Source: Rotaria socialis (taxonomy: Eukaryota). From it: a stretch of DNA of 63,084 nucleotides. Position 1 is the stretch's first letter. Every line of letters begins with the position of its first letter. This document shows, one piece after another, positions 29,101 to 41,195 of the stretch. Made by a program: the position numbers and the translations under genes. Location: assembly GCA_905331295.1 (NCBI GenBank), contig CAJNYD010000011.1:1-63084 (forward strand). Reading direction: 5' to 3'. The notes below the pieces were generated by a model, which was not told where the DNA came from, made no database searches, and saw nothing but the letters and a program-made list of their open reading frames with translations.

Positions 29101-30809
29101 AAAAGATTTCATTGAGTTACATGTGTAATTTACCTGGTGCATTATCATTTAAATCATGTAAATTAATACGTAAACTACAAAATGCTGGAAAACCAAAAAT
29201 AGTGTAAATATATGAAGACTGAAAATATGATGCTTACCTTGCCGTTGAGGTTTACCATGATCAGTAGCTAATACAAATAAATACCAAACTCGAGTAGCAC
29301 CTAGGAAAAATAAGGTAGTTAAGTAAAGTTTGAATACGATTTGTTTTCTAGATAATATCATCAATTGATTTGGCCTTGATTTGTTCTTAGAAGAAAAATA
29401 ATAGTCTAATTCTAATTATTTTTGTGAAAATAAATTCTCATCATCCAATATCAGATAAAATAATTCGATTAATCTTCAAATTCTTCGTCTTTGTCATACC
29501 TGGTTTATCAAAATCAAATGTTTCATTTGTTCTAATAAAAGCCATACGAGTTGTACTCGTTTGATTCAATTGTTCAATATAAAATTGAGAATAAGCTGTA
29601 TTCGTTAAGCCACTGGCTGAAGAAGAAGAAAAACAAGAATTTTTGCTTCTATATGAATTTTTCGATCAACCATTCAGTCAATCATTTACCTGTTGTTCTT
29701 AATTGTTCAGATGGAAACAAAATAGTAATCAATCCGTTTTCTCCTCGATCACTGTCCGATACAATTAACGATGCAATATCTTGCCCTTGTCTATTATTTT
29801 CGTCAAACGATATATTTTTACCGCATATCTCATTTAAAAATCGTGGTGATTTTGTATTCACTACGGTGACAATAATTATTATATCAATTGATTTCGTACG
29901 TTTATAACACGATGGACGCAATAAACATGATGAACCACTGTCCGTTGCTGTTACAGTAAGGGAATATTCCGATTGTGACGATGAATCCAATGGCTGTTCA
30001 AGTCGTAAAACACCTGTAGAAGATTCAATACAAAATTGTATACAATTTATTGTATATGTAATTTCATCATTATCAAGATCAGTAGCATAAACTGTACCAA
30101 ATTGAATACCAACCGGCGCTGTTTCACTTATATAAAATATTTGATTTTCAGGAATAAACATAGGATCATGAACATTGTCATTTTCTAGATTGATTTGAAC
30201 TTGTGCTATTGAAGTTACAGGTGGTCGAGTTGGAATTGTTTGTTTTGCAATTATTTGAAATAAATAACGGTTAAAAGGTGAAAAATAATCCAAAGGACTA
30301 TTGACAAAAACAAAAAAAAACAACATATAAATATAGATTAGTCGACGAGTTCATTTTTCACACATACGATATATTAGTAACAAGAGCATAAGAATCATTT
30401 ACTAAATTAATAACACTAAAACTTGGATGATTTAATGTTACTGTTATAGATCCCGATGTAGTATTTCGCATGGAATTACTATATTTTCTTGGCGTAAAAC
30501 TAGGTTGATTATCATCGGTTCGAGGTTTAACAATAAACTTGAATACTTCTGTATTGATTGGAGTTGATACAGGAAAATCTGATAGTATTGTATAGACTGC
30601 TTGATCAAATAATGGTCCAGAAAAATCAACATTGTACTAAACAATTTAAAAGAAATATGAAAAGAAAATACTATAAAGAATTTAATTTTTTCGAACGAAC
30701 ATACAAAAAAATCTGGAATATTATTTTGAGCTAGTTGCCCATAAATGAGATTAATTCTAATAAGATACGAGAATAATAAATGAAAACAGTGAAAATTTGT
30801 TTTGATCAT
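23160..30809 (-). CDS. Classical (non-chordate type) cadherin
   Basis: Signal peptide; about 10 cadherin repeats (ATDLD, DSDRGENG, DLNDNAPVF, DENDQIPTF, LDFE); non-chordate domain; Cys-rich EGF-like region; one laminin-G domain (LYLGGLP, FKGCIRNV); TM helix; cytoplasmic domain with DIRDNII, GEED and YEGDGSIASNLSSIES. Confidence 0.9.
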
Positions 30810-31179
30810 TTTATATCTACAAAAGATAATCTTTTAAAGTCAAATCGAAATCAGTTATGAAAAATAAAGTTATAGACTCTTGAAAGTTCTGCTTTGATTC
30901 GTTCATCATTGAGCTTTAGGTTATGAGCGTGCCAGTGAAATGTGTAAAGAACGAAAAGAAACCAGATCCAAACAAACCTTGAAACAGAATCAAAACTTGA
31001 CCCAATCATTGATGTGACGACTATCAGATATCGAAATATCGATTATAGAGTCTAACAATAAATATCGATAATGCAACTATAGATTTGACTCATTTGAGAA
31101 AAGAATGAAAAGGTAACAACACTGTTCTTTTCTTTTCCATTTGCTTTCTCTGTCGTGTATAGTGAACATGAAGATATAT

Positions 31180-32385
31180 GAGATGATTACTACCACTGTT
31201 TAACTCAACGGGGCAGCAATTGTCTCGCTCTTTCTAATGGACAACCACAGAAAAAAGAACGATTGCATAGAAAATTGACATGAACTCGCACCTTTGAAAT
31301 TCTGAAAGATGATCATGTTAATCAGCAATGAACATACAACGATGAAATAATCATGCACGAAACGCCATTCTCATTGCATCATATCTAACAAAATCCAATG
31401 AGCTACAATTCTATAGTGACTGTCAAACAACTTAGATGAATAATCAAATCCTCAGATGGTAAACTTCAAAAAGCGTTTAAAATTAATTCTTAGTCTTTGA
31501 TTTATCGTTTTACATATAGCTATCGGTTACTACTAAATGAATAGCACAATAATAACGGAAGATAACAGCAGTTACCCCAACTATTGAGTAATGAATTCCA
31601 TTAAACAATATCGTCCTACATACGATGAACATTGATTTAAGTGAAAAGATAGTCAGTGATGTTATACAAAACTACGGAAAAGAAACAAATAGTCTCTTTT
31701 TATTTGTTCTTCGATGTCACACTAAATCAATCGTAATCGTTGCACCTATAACGCGACATATACCATCAACAACAGCATCTATTCTTATCTCGAACTCACT
31801 GACACGTCACAGAGGATACAATAGTAAATCGATTTCCTCCAATCTCAAACAATTCACAGTTCTGCAATAGCTTTATGACTTAACATTCAATACAATGATG
31901 GTCCGTTAATTTAGACATCCCATCGATCTTTTATAACACACTAGTTCCTTTTTCTCATCCAAAAAATCTCATTCTATTCCCAATAGTTTAATCATTGTCT
32001 TAACAAAGCAACGAATGTTATTTTATTTATTTTAACAGTACTGATCTCATGAACAAAGAAACTTCTTGTTTCGTTCACCTCCTCACTTACCCTATTAAAT
32101 ATATCGATCATCGATAGATTATTTCTTTCAACTAATCACACTTTCTACAATAGAATATATACGTGGACCGGACGAAGACCAACATCACAACCTACTTCAA
32201 TTTCGTTGAAATCTATCATTTCTCATATGAATGCAAATATGGAAAAATGTACCTTCACAATATTCAATCTAGCGTTACCACCAAACGACCTTCATAAAAG
32301 TGAGCAGAGCCTCATTCATTCCACTTCTAACTATGCACTATCGCTATCCTGTTTATTTATGCTAATGCATTATCTTACTGAATAA
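31180..32385 (+). pseudogene. Probable decayed gene; last exon ends in a hydrophobic tail
   Basis: Acceptor ttttaacag at ~32038, in-frame TGA at 32050-32052, then 110 open codons ending SNYALSLSCLFMLMHYLTE-stop and AATAAA. Coding-like but stop-interrupted segments lie upstream (31180-31870). No family recognised. Confidence 0.35.
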
Positions 32386-32518
32386 ATTAATCGAATAAAA
32401 GATGTTTGCTGTGCAAGAGATAAATACAGGAGTTATTGTCAAAATACTTTTTTTTATTTGACAAGAGAAAATAAAACACGCACAGAACTTAATAATAAAA
32501 AAAAGAAACAGGAAGAAA

Positions 32519-33394
32519 TCAAAATGAGTCATGTCCAGACGACGACTGTTGATGGTGTTGTTGAAGAAGAGTAACTTGATTGTTTAACGCAGCAATTTGT
32601 TGCTTCAGTAATTTTTGCGCTAATTTTGGATTGGTATCACCACGACGTGAGCGTGCATTATTGAACCATGTATTGACCTGTGCTAGCGAAATATCACATT
32701 CCATTGCGATACGATCTTTTTCTGCTTCTGTTGGGCGTTTCTTTATTTCATAAAATGCATTAAGACGTTCAATTGCTTCATCGCTGATACGTTTACGAGT
32801 CTACAATAGAAAAGAAAATTGATCACGAAATGTTTTTAATTCAGTAGAAATACTTACTGGGCAAAAAGATGGAGAAGCCATGACTGGTTGTTGTTGTTGT
32901 TGAAGGCGACGTTTCGGTTGTACATTCTAGAAGCAGAAGAAAATTTTAGGAGTGAATTCATACAATATGAAAAATTAGTAATGAAAAAAAAGGATTACTC
33001 ACAAAATACGACACTGTTAAATAACTTAAAACTAGTTAGACTCTTACCTTGATTGTCGGGACAAGACATACGTTACTTTGTTGATTAGGTGTACTACTAG
33101 CAAATGGTTGTGGAATTTGTTGTATTGTTTCTGATGCTGGACTGCAGTATGGCATATCTAAAATGATATAAATCTTTCGAATTATTCTCTAGAATAAAAA
33201 AATTCGAACTCACAAGGTTCCGCAGGAATATAGTATGATTCATTATTTGCATATGGACATGTTGAATAATGTAATGAATATGGTGAAGGTGATGTATAGC
33301 CATATGATGAGTAACCTGAATCGTAGAGTGGAACACTAGGCGTCGGTGATGATGGATACATATATGATGATGATGATGGTTGAGATTGTTGCAT
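32519..33394 (-). CDS. Divergent homeobox transcription factor, 4 exons
   Basis: S/P/Y-rich N-terminus; the last exon encodes TRKRISDEAIERLNAFYEIKKRPTEAEKDRIAMECDISLAQVNTWFNNARSRR with invariant W48, F49, N51 and R53. Confidence 0.88.
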
Positions 33395-33724
33395 AGTTGA
33401 TTATTGTCGAGGGATGATATTTGTTAAATGTGAATAGAATTTTCGAACTAACCGAGCACATATATACTCTTCCAATAGTTTGATAGACTCACATCAATTA
33501 ATAGTAGCTGATAATTGATGCGAAGCAAGAGAGAGAGAGAGAGACGAGGAGACAACGAATGATTTAATTGATACGATCGCATCAATTAACTTCGATAAAT
33601 CAAATTCGCCGATTAACCCGAAAATGTTATCCAGAAAAATAAATTCGATGTAAGCTGATATATATTTGAAAAATGTCAATCGAAATATAAATATACAAAG
33701 GCAAGAGAAAAAAAAACGAAAACA

Positions 33725-36700
33725 TTAAAGATATACAGCTTGATAATCAGAATGAAGACTAGGCGATAGTGTATTTCGTTCAAAATAGTCATCATCATTC
33801 GTGAAGTTGAGATTCTCATTGGCGAATGATTTTTGTTGGTGATAATATTTAAGTGTCGTAGATGGTGGTCGACTTCGTTGATGATTAGCCGGTTCATTTT
33901 TTTCAAGATTAATTTTTAAACAACTTCGAAAACGAGTTGGTTCGATTTCATTAATCTCTACAGTTGGTAGATTTTTTTCATAATAAAGTTGTGGTGATAA
34001 GCTCGATGGTCGGTTTGGTTTAGCAATACAACGCATCTTTAATTGAGTTTTAGGACTTGTACTTTGTGATAAAGATGATAAATTATTTTGCATATTCAAT
34101 TCTTCTTTTCTTTCACATGCCGATAACCATTGTTGAATACGTTCAGTTTTCTTTGGTAATACAGCTAAAAACAAAAAGGAAAGTGATATAGTATCCTAGA
34201 AAAAAAAGTGATGTATTCTGCGATACTTGGCTGCTCTTGATGAATAGGATTTGGTTCAGAATTATAAACAAAAACGTGTCCATTATCATCACATGAAGCA
34301 GCTGGATTTTCGATAGGTTGTTTTGTGTACTTTCCGTCATAAGATTTAAATCCAATAGATGTACTATGTATATCTTGATCCGTTTTGTGTGTTAAATTCA
34401 AATCAGTTGATGATAAAGAAAACATATTCTACGAAAAGAAAGAATTTTTTTTCCTGAATCAATGCAATCAAGTGCGGCAAAAAGATGATAAAATTGATTT
34501 ATAGAGCCTATAGCTTATAAGAGCTTTATGATTGCTGTTAGAAGATCTATCGTAATTTCTTCGTTTCGTTCTCTTCAAAATTTATGTTGTACAGTCGAAG
34601 TAATAATACGTGGTAAGATTTGATGTTTACTTACTGAATTGTTTAGTTGCTGTTGATGTTTTTTTTTATCATTTTGGGATATATGTGGAGCTGTTGGTGC
34701 CCGTCGTTTTATTGAGCTTTTACCACTACTAATACTTCCACTTCCGTCGACATTCATTTCAATGAATTTATTCAAAATTGTTTTATTTATATCTGTGACA
34801 ATATATATATAGAGAGAGAGAGAGAGTAAAATCGTTATTTATTGGAGTATTTATGCCTACCTGATTTATTTGATGAATATGGACGTGTGTAATTTCTTAC
34901 ATCCAAGGTTGTTCCAGTCTGTTTTTCGTTAGGACGATTGGTTTGTGTTATTGTTGGTGATGATAATGATAATTCAGTTACATTTTCTTGTGCTAAGATT
35001 TTTGGATGATTCATAGATTCTATCGGTGTTTTATTTGATTCAATATTTAATTTTTCATAAATAGTTTCAAGAAGTGTAAGTCGTTCAAAATAACGACGAA
35101 TAGAATCATTATTTGCATTCCGATCAGATTCAGATGATGGTGCAATATCTGTTGATGAAAGAAATCTATGCTGTTTTACTATGTTAATCAGACGTTTGTC
35201 TTTACCTGTTTCATCATCGAATGGATTTAAATGTTGAGGATAAGTTTGTTCACTATTTGAAGTTTGCTTTTGATTTGAAATTAATTCATCTGTATTTTCA
35301 ACAGTACAAACTTTAGCTTTAGCAGCAATTAATAATGATGATGCTTTCGCTGTATGGCCACTATTCTGTTCATGCAATGGTTCATATGTTAGTGATGTTG
35401 GTTCGATAATAGTTGAACATCGTTGAGCTGTATGATGTGTCATTTTAGGTAATTTTGGACGTTGTTTAACTTTACTGAGATTGCTAAGTGATTTGCTGAT
35501 GGGTGTGGGTTTTGATTCCATAGAAAATAATTGGCTGTTCGAGTCTTTTGTTGTTATTTCATTGATAGGCCAAATTTTAGCAAGTATTTTACGTAGTACA
35601 AGTAACTCATCAATATTTAATGTATCTTGTTCGAGTAAGTTTATTAAATTTTCATAAAATTGAATTTTACGTTGTGGTGAATGTTGTTCCTTGAGAGAGT
35701 CAAGCCATGTAACACTAAAGTCCCATGCATCCGATGTTTCAACCTGATGATGATCATCATCATTATGATCATAACCATTGGTAAGACACGATAAATTACT
35801 AATTATTTCATCATCCTCAATACCAGCAACTCCATCATCACTAATATTTATACTAGTGATTATATTTTCTGATGTTGTTAATGAAATATTTTCATTATTA
35901 TCATTTAATTGTGTTCCTTAAATAGAAAAAGAATGAATTCATAAATTTGTTTTTTTTAAACAATGTATATTTACTTGAATGCAAAAATCCAACAGAAGAT
36001 ATTTCACGAAAATCAAGAATAGCTGATGGATGCTGTTCATTATTATTATTATTATTATATTGTTTTGATAGATTATTATGAACATTGTTTGAATGATTAA
36101 ATAATGATTGTTTTTGAATAGTTAATGCTGGACTTCGTGTAGTATTAGATATTGAATTAGTCGATTTTCGATGAATACCGATACTATTGATTACGCGATT
36201 CGTAATCGCCTCGATACTTCGATTAGGTGATGTCGCACGTTCATGTTGTTGTACTGTTGAAGGATTTTTATTTATTAATACATCATCATCATCATCATCA
36301 GCTAAGTTTTCTACACTACGCGATCGTGACTGACTAGAATTTAAAAAGATTGAATGAAAGGTTGTGTCTTATTTATACTGTTTAATACAAACTCAGTTGT
36401 TCGAGATTTTTGTGTAAATACTTTCTCTTTCCATTCATCAAGTGCTTCCATGGATCGAAATAACCATCGTTTATTAGCATTTAGTTGAGATTGAGAACGA
36501 GGATCTTTACGTGATTTTGGATAATGTCCTTTACCACTTTTAACTGGTAAACGAACAATATCATCGTTTTCATTGGTTTGACCATTAGCCAAAAGTGTAC
36601 TATCACTAGTTAAACCAATACGATATGGAACTATATTTGAAGTTTTAGTTAATGATGACGAAGATAATTGTTCAGTTGCTGGAATATGATAAGAAAATGG

Positions 36701-36811
36701 ACGAGGATATCCTTGAAATGGATGAATAAACGATGGTCTTTCGGATGTTTTTCGAACAGGTGAAGTTGATTCTTTCGGATGGTGACGACGAAATACCTTA
36801 GCCAAATTCAT
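33725..36811 (-). CDS. Uncharacterised multi-exon low-complexity (S/T/N-rich) protein
   Basis: Chain of long same-strand ORFs separated by GT-AG introns. Short motifs NPFDD and KRRAPTAP; no recognisable domain. Confidence 0.7.
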
Positions 36812-38303
36812 CGATGCTATGTAAGCTATAAAAAAAAAGGTTGCAAAGACAAATCAACAGGTGCTTCGTTTGTTCTCCTTTCAATACAATGCCAATGCCC
36901 TATCAATGAACCGCTTATTAATATGCATGTATATGTATAGGTATATAGAAAAAAAAAACGAGAGAATACAGTCTTTGGTTACTCGTGTCTATTCTCATCT
37001 ATATCAGTTATATGTATGAATTGTTGTTCTTCATTTTTCAATAACGTTAAAAATAGTTACATTGACTCAAATATCGCATGCGTACATTTTTTTCTTTTTC
37101 GCCTTTCGTTGCTTACTCACTCGTTCGGTACGAGGTTCTTTTTGTTTGTAAAAATTAGATACCAACACTACTTCATTCGTCGGCACAACAAGTGAACGCC
37201 GTCCTCGATTGCGAACAAATAAGCACAATAAAGAAGGAAAGAGAGAGTAGAAAGGAAATTCGATCCTCACGTACGCGTATGTGTTCTATCGATCTCTTAG
37301 TTTTTATTCTTCATCGTCATTTTTTGTGTTCATGTGTTATGCCCTTGCAAAGCTCAAATCAGCCAAATGATAACAAATAGACTCATATACGTATATATAT
37401 ATATATATATTTTTATATATGTACGTACGTAGGCACACGCGAACTCATCTGATATCATAAAATTCATAGTATTAAAAGGAGCGTATCTTTCAAGTGGTGG
37501 TGTCAAACTTAAGTTGAGAACAATCTGTATCTTGAGTCTATGCTTGGCTATATATATATATATATATATCTTTAAGAATCATTTATTGATAATTTTGAAA
37601 GAGTTACAATTATGTTATGATCTAGAAAATATACATACTTGCTATTCGTCTTGATAGTGATACTTTCTGATGATTTTCAGTATGGTTTTGAACAACAGCC
37701 ATCTTTGTTCGTTCGTTTTACGCTTTTCTTTTCAAGTGATCATCCGAATAAAAATTTGTCAGTCATACGAGTACCCTGTCTTTTTTCGCTTGAGATTTTC
37801 ATTTCTGATAACTCTATTACTACATCGTTTTCACCCATGCACACGTTAAAGATATATAATATTGATATTGAGTTATATTTAAAAAAATTAAACGTGTGTG
37901 AAAACCTATAACAGTGTTTCATAGAGCCAGTTACAGATTGACTGTCCGTGAAATTATCAATTTATTAAACAAAAAATAGCTGCGATGATATTAATTTATA
38001 TTTATCAATAACATAGATCAAATTATGTCGTCCTTCTTTTTTTTTGTATGCAAAATGATCGATCAATTTTAGTAGCTACTCTTTTCCTGTGAATATAGAA
38101 TTTAAAATTAGTATGATTGCGCATTTCTTGATTTTCTTTGAAAACATAATATGCACAAAAAAAGTAGCTATTATTCATCAACTAATTGATAATTTCTCTT
38201 GTTTGATTTGGTTGAATGATTTCGTATTATATAAAAAAAAAAATAGGATGTAAACAAACAGTTCTATTTACTATTTATCATCAGTGAGTATTGTTAACTG
38301 TCG

Positions 38304-39065
38304 ATGGGTATTTTTCGAAAGTTTAGACGAACTGAAAATCATGATGGAGACGTATTTCAGGAGCCCTTACCACCTATTGTACAGCAAATGGTTTCTGAAG
38401 CAGCGGTACGATATGTTGCTTTAAAAGAGAGAGAAAGACGAGCTTATGCTGCAATGCATCCAAATGAAATCGTGCCACCTTTACCGGATCTACTAGAAAT
38501 TCCTATGCCAAGATATGGTGGTGTTATCGATGAAGGCTCAGATGTTTACTCTGAGGAAAATGTTCGATCTTCTTCTCCGTTTCATGCCATTGCGTCAGCA
38601 TTAGGCTTTCGTCGATCAAAATCTCGTGATCAATATTACAGAGATTCACCGGCTCATTTTTCACGAGCTGGTTCGCCTGAGCATTTTCGTCATCGGCCAC
38701 CTGGTTCACCTGAACATTTTCGTCGACGAACACATTCGCCTTATTTGGGACGACCACGATCTTCATCGCCATATTTCATCGACGAACATGAAAGAGTTCC
38801 ATCACCTCATCGTTTTAGTTCACCATTTGGTTCGTCTTCAGCTAACATTGAACATCGCCGTCAACAGAATCCCCAATTATCGCCAAATTTTGAGAGAGAA
38901 CAAAGATTTCAACAAGGAAATATGATGAATGGTTCACTGCAATATATTCCACGATATCAACAATTCCAACAACCATATTATCCAATCAATCCTGTTGTAA
39001 ACTATCAAGGCTATCCTATGGTACAACAACAAATGTATTCACCTTATTACTATTCACCTTGCTAA
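38304..39065 (+). CDS. Intronless orphan protein rich in R/S/P with a Q/Y/P-rich tail
   Basis: 253-aa ORF with elevated GC; TATA-like tatataaaa at ~38228; internal repeat GSPEHFR x2; AATAAA at ~39131. Confidence 0.75.
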   Translation: MGIFRKFRRTENHDGDVFQEPLPPIVQQMVSEAAVRYVALKERERRAYAAMHPNEIVPPLPDLLEIPMPRYGGVIDEGSDVYSEENVRSSSPFHAIASALGFRRSKSRDQYYRDSPAHFSRAGSPEHFRHRPPGSPEHFRRRTHSPYLGRPRSSSPYFIDEHERVPSPHRFSSPFGSSSANIEHRRQQNPQLSPNFEREQRFQQGNMMNGSLQYIPRYQQFQQPYYPINPVVNYQGYPMVQQQMYSPYYYSPC

Positions 39066-39096
39066 TTGCTCATTAATTTTTGGCTATCATTTAAAC

Positions 39097-39696
39097 GATC
39101 AGTAGAATAAGCGAAATGATCAGTAAGCACAATAAATATAAAATCAGTAAAATAATTGAATGGCCAGTACATTATTTGTGTGGTCAGTTATTAATATACT
39201 TCGATTTATTGATATATTTAAAAATCAGTAAATTAGATTAAAAGATCAGTATAAAATTGAAATGTGTTATAAGGTGATTTACTTTTTTTCATGGTTGTTC
39301 GTTTGGTCTATATATCGTACAGCTGATAAGTACAACATGTATAAATGTACTCGTAGCTCCTTTCTTTCACATTCAGCTTAGTACCAACGAGTACAAAAGA
39401 TGGAAGTCGTACAAGTTGTTCAATATGAAAGTGATATATCAGACAAAGAGGTTCTGGAAGGAAATGATGAAATAAATGGAAATCAAAGAATTTCAAAAAA
39501 AAGCGTGTCGGGGTAGTGTAGATGAGCAGAAGAATCACACTCGCACTCAAATTTCTATGTTTTACTGATCAATTTTATCTTTTTTACTGGTAATTATATA
39601 TAATAAGCTGATCACTTTAACAATAATTACTGATCATTTTAGTGCTGATCATTCAATATTCTTTTTTTACTGATCATTTCATTTATTTTACTGATC
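39097..39696. mobile_element. Foldback-type element with modular ~170-bp inverted arms
   Basis: The left arm is built of (g)atcagta units and the right arm of tactgatc units. Left end gatcagtagaataagcgaaatgatcagtaa matches the reverse complement of the right end (gatcagtaaaataaatgaaatgatcagtaa); the inner ends also match; ~280-bp spacer. Confidence 0.75.
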
Positions 39697-40304
39697 AAAT
39701 ATAATGTTTCCTTAATTTTTGCTTTCAATCTCATTAATCTTGAGTTTATTTTACTCACTATACCATAGCTGTTGTCTTGTCTTTTCTCTATCGGTACAAT
39801 TATCCATTGAGACATACGAAAGAAACAATTCTATCTACTGTTTTTTCATGAAAGTTAAATTTCTCATTATCAACAAGAAGTCTTAAGAATATGTCTCTTG
39901 AAATCGATAATGCTTCTTTCTTACCTTTATATTGTTTTATATGTTCGCAAATAAAGAAAAGCGTCATTTATACTTTAAACACACTCATTTTTTTCCGTTG
40001 TTTTTTCATAAGCAATAAATAAAAGATTAACAATTGATCTCGTTTATTTCATGGAATAAAAATGCTTGGTGAATTTTGTTGCTTTTCTTTAATCTAATTG
40101 AAGGCGAAGTCAATTTTCAAATAATTCACTTCTTTTTTTATTTTATGTTTCATTTAACATACTTAAACGTCAATGAAAAAAAGAGTTAAGACAGAGTAAA
40201 TCAACAATGAAACTACGATCAAGAAAACAAAACCGCTAAAACAACAGAAACACCCAAGAGATAATATATTGTAAAATGTCTTTTTCAGTTTTTGCACTTC
40301 ATTT

Positions 40305-40718
40305 TTAGCCAATAAAATTAACCACAACTAAATGTAAAATAACATGAGCAAAGACAAAATCAGCGAAGGCTCGTTCCGGTGAAACATTAAATGTAGATTG
40401 ATTAGCTTTATTTAATTGAATACGTAAACTTGCTAAAATAAAAAAGAACAAAAGAATCGATTTAAAAAAGCCTTTCCCATCGAACGAAAGCAAGATCTTA
40501 CCCCCCAAAATAAAACAGCCAACCGTTGAAATAAAACCGGATAGGAATGAATTAAATGGAAATGTTCCAACAAGAAGACAATAAGCAAATTGAACAATAC
40601 CAGTTAATAGAACATAAACCAAATAAGCATCGATTAATTTTAATTTCTTTGGTGTAGTCGTTTGATATTCATTATTAAGTTTACCTAAAATACCAGCAAC
40701 TTGTCCTAATTGACTCAT
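40305..40718 (-). CDS. DAD1: Oligosaccharyltransferase subunit DAD1/OST2 (114 aa after splicing)
   Basis: [34 protein letters not shown] and [25 protein letters not shown]; 69-nt intron 40433-40501. Confidence 0.97.
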   Translation of the reverse strand: MSQLGQVAGILGKLNNEYQTTTPKKLKLIDAYLVYVLLTGIVQFAYCLLVGTFPFNSFLSGFISTVGCFILGGKILLSFDGKGFFKSILLFFFILASLRIQLNKANQSTFNVSPERAFADFVFAHVILHLVVVNFIG

Positions 40719-41195
40719 TTTCTTTCTTATAATAATAACAAATACAAATCTAGAATTAAAATAAAATCAATGTTCAAAAAATAAATACGTAGATCATTTT
40801 TCACATGATTCTATTTGTAAATGTCTAATATTTTATTTAGCATGAGAGCAGTGTTCCATTAAATCTATGTGCTGTTCTATTCTTGAAAATTCAATAGATT
40901 ACGTATATACTTAAAAAGAAGTTCGGGGCAACATTATTTAAACGGAATCCTTGCAGCAACTATATCAAAGATCCAATTCGTCTTTTGTTTTACGTGACGT
41001 GTGTGCTTGCTAGTTTGGATTGTCTAACCAATCGTAAAATCATTCAATAGAGGTCGAAAGAAAATAGCCTATTGGCGTGAATAAAAGAAACTTTTTTCCT
41101 TGATGATTAAGAAAAAAATTCGAATGATTCAAGGTGTTGTTTTTTGGCCTCAGTCTCTCTCTATTTCTTAGAAGAAAAGAATAGTCGATACAAAT
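40719..41195. promoter_or_regulatory. Head-to-head promoter region of DAD1 and ICA69
   Basis: Start codons are 477 nt apart and divergent. TGACGT element at ~40995 and two oppositely oriented CCAAT boxes (~41028, ~41071). Confidence 0.5.
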
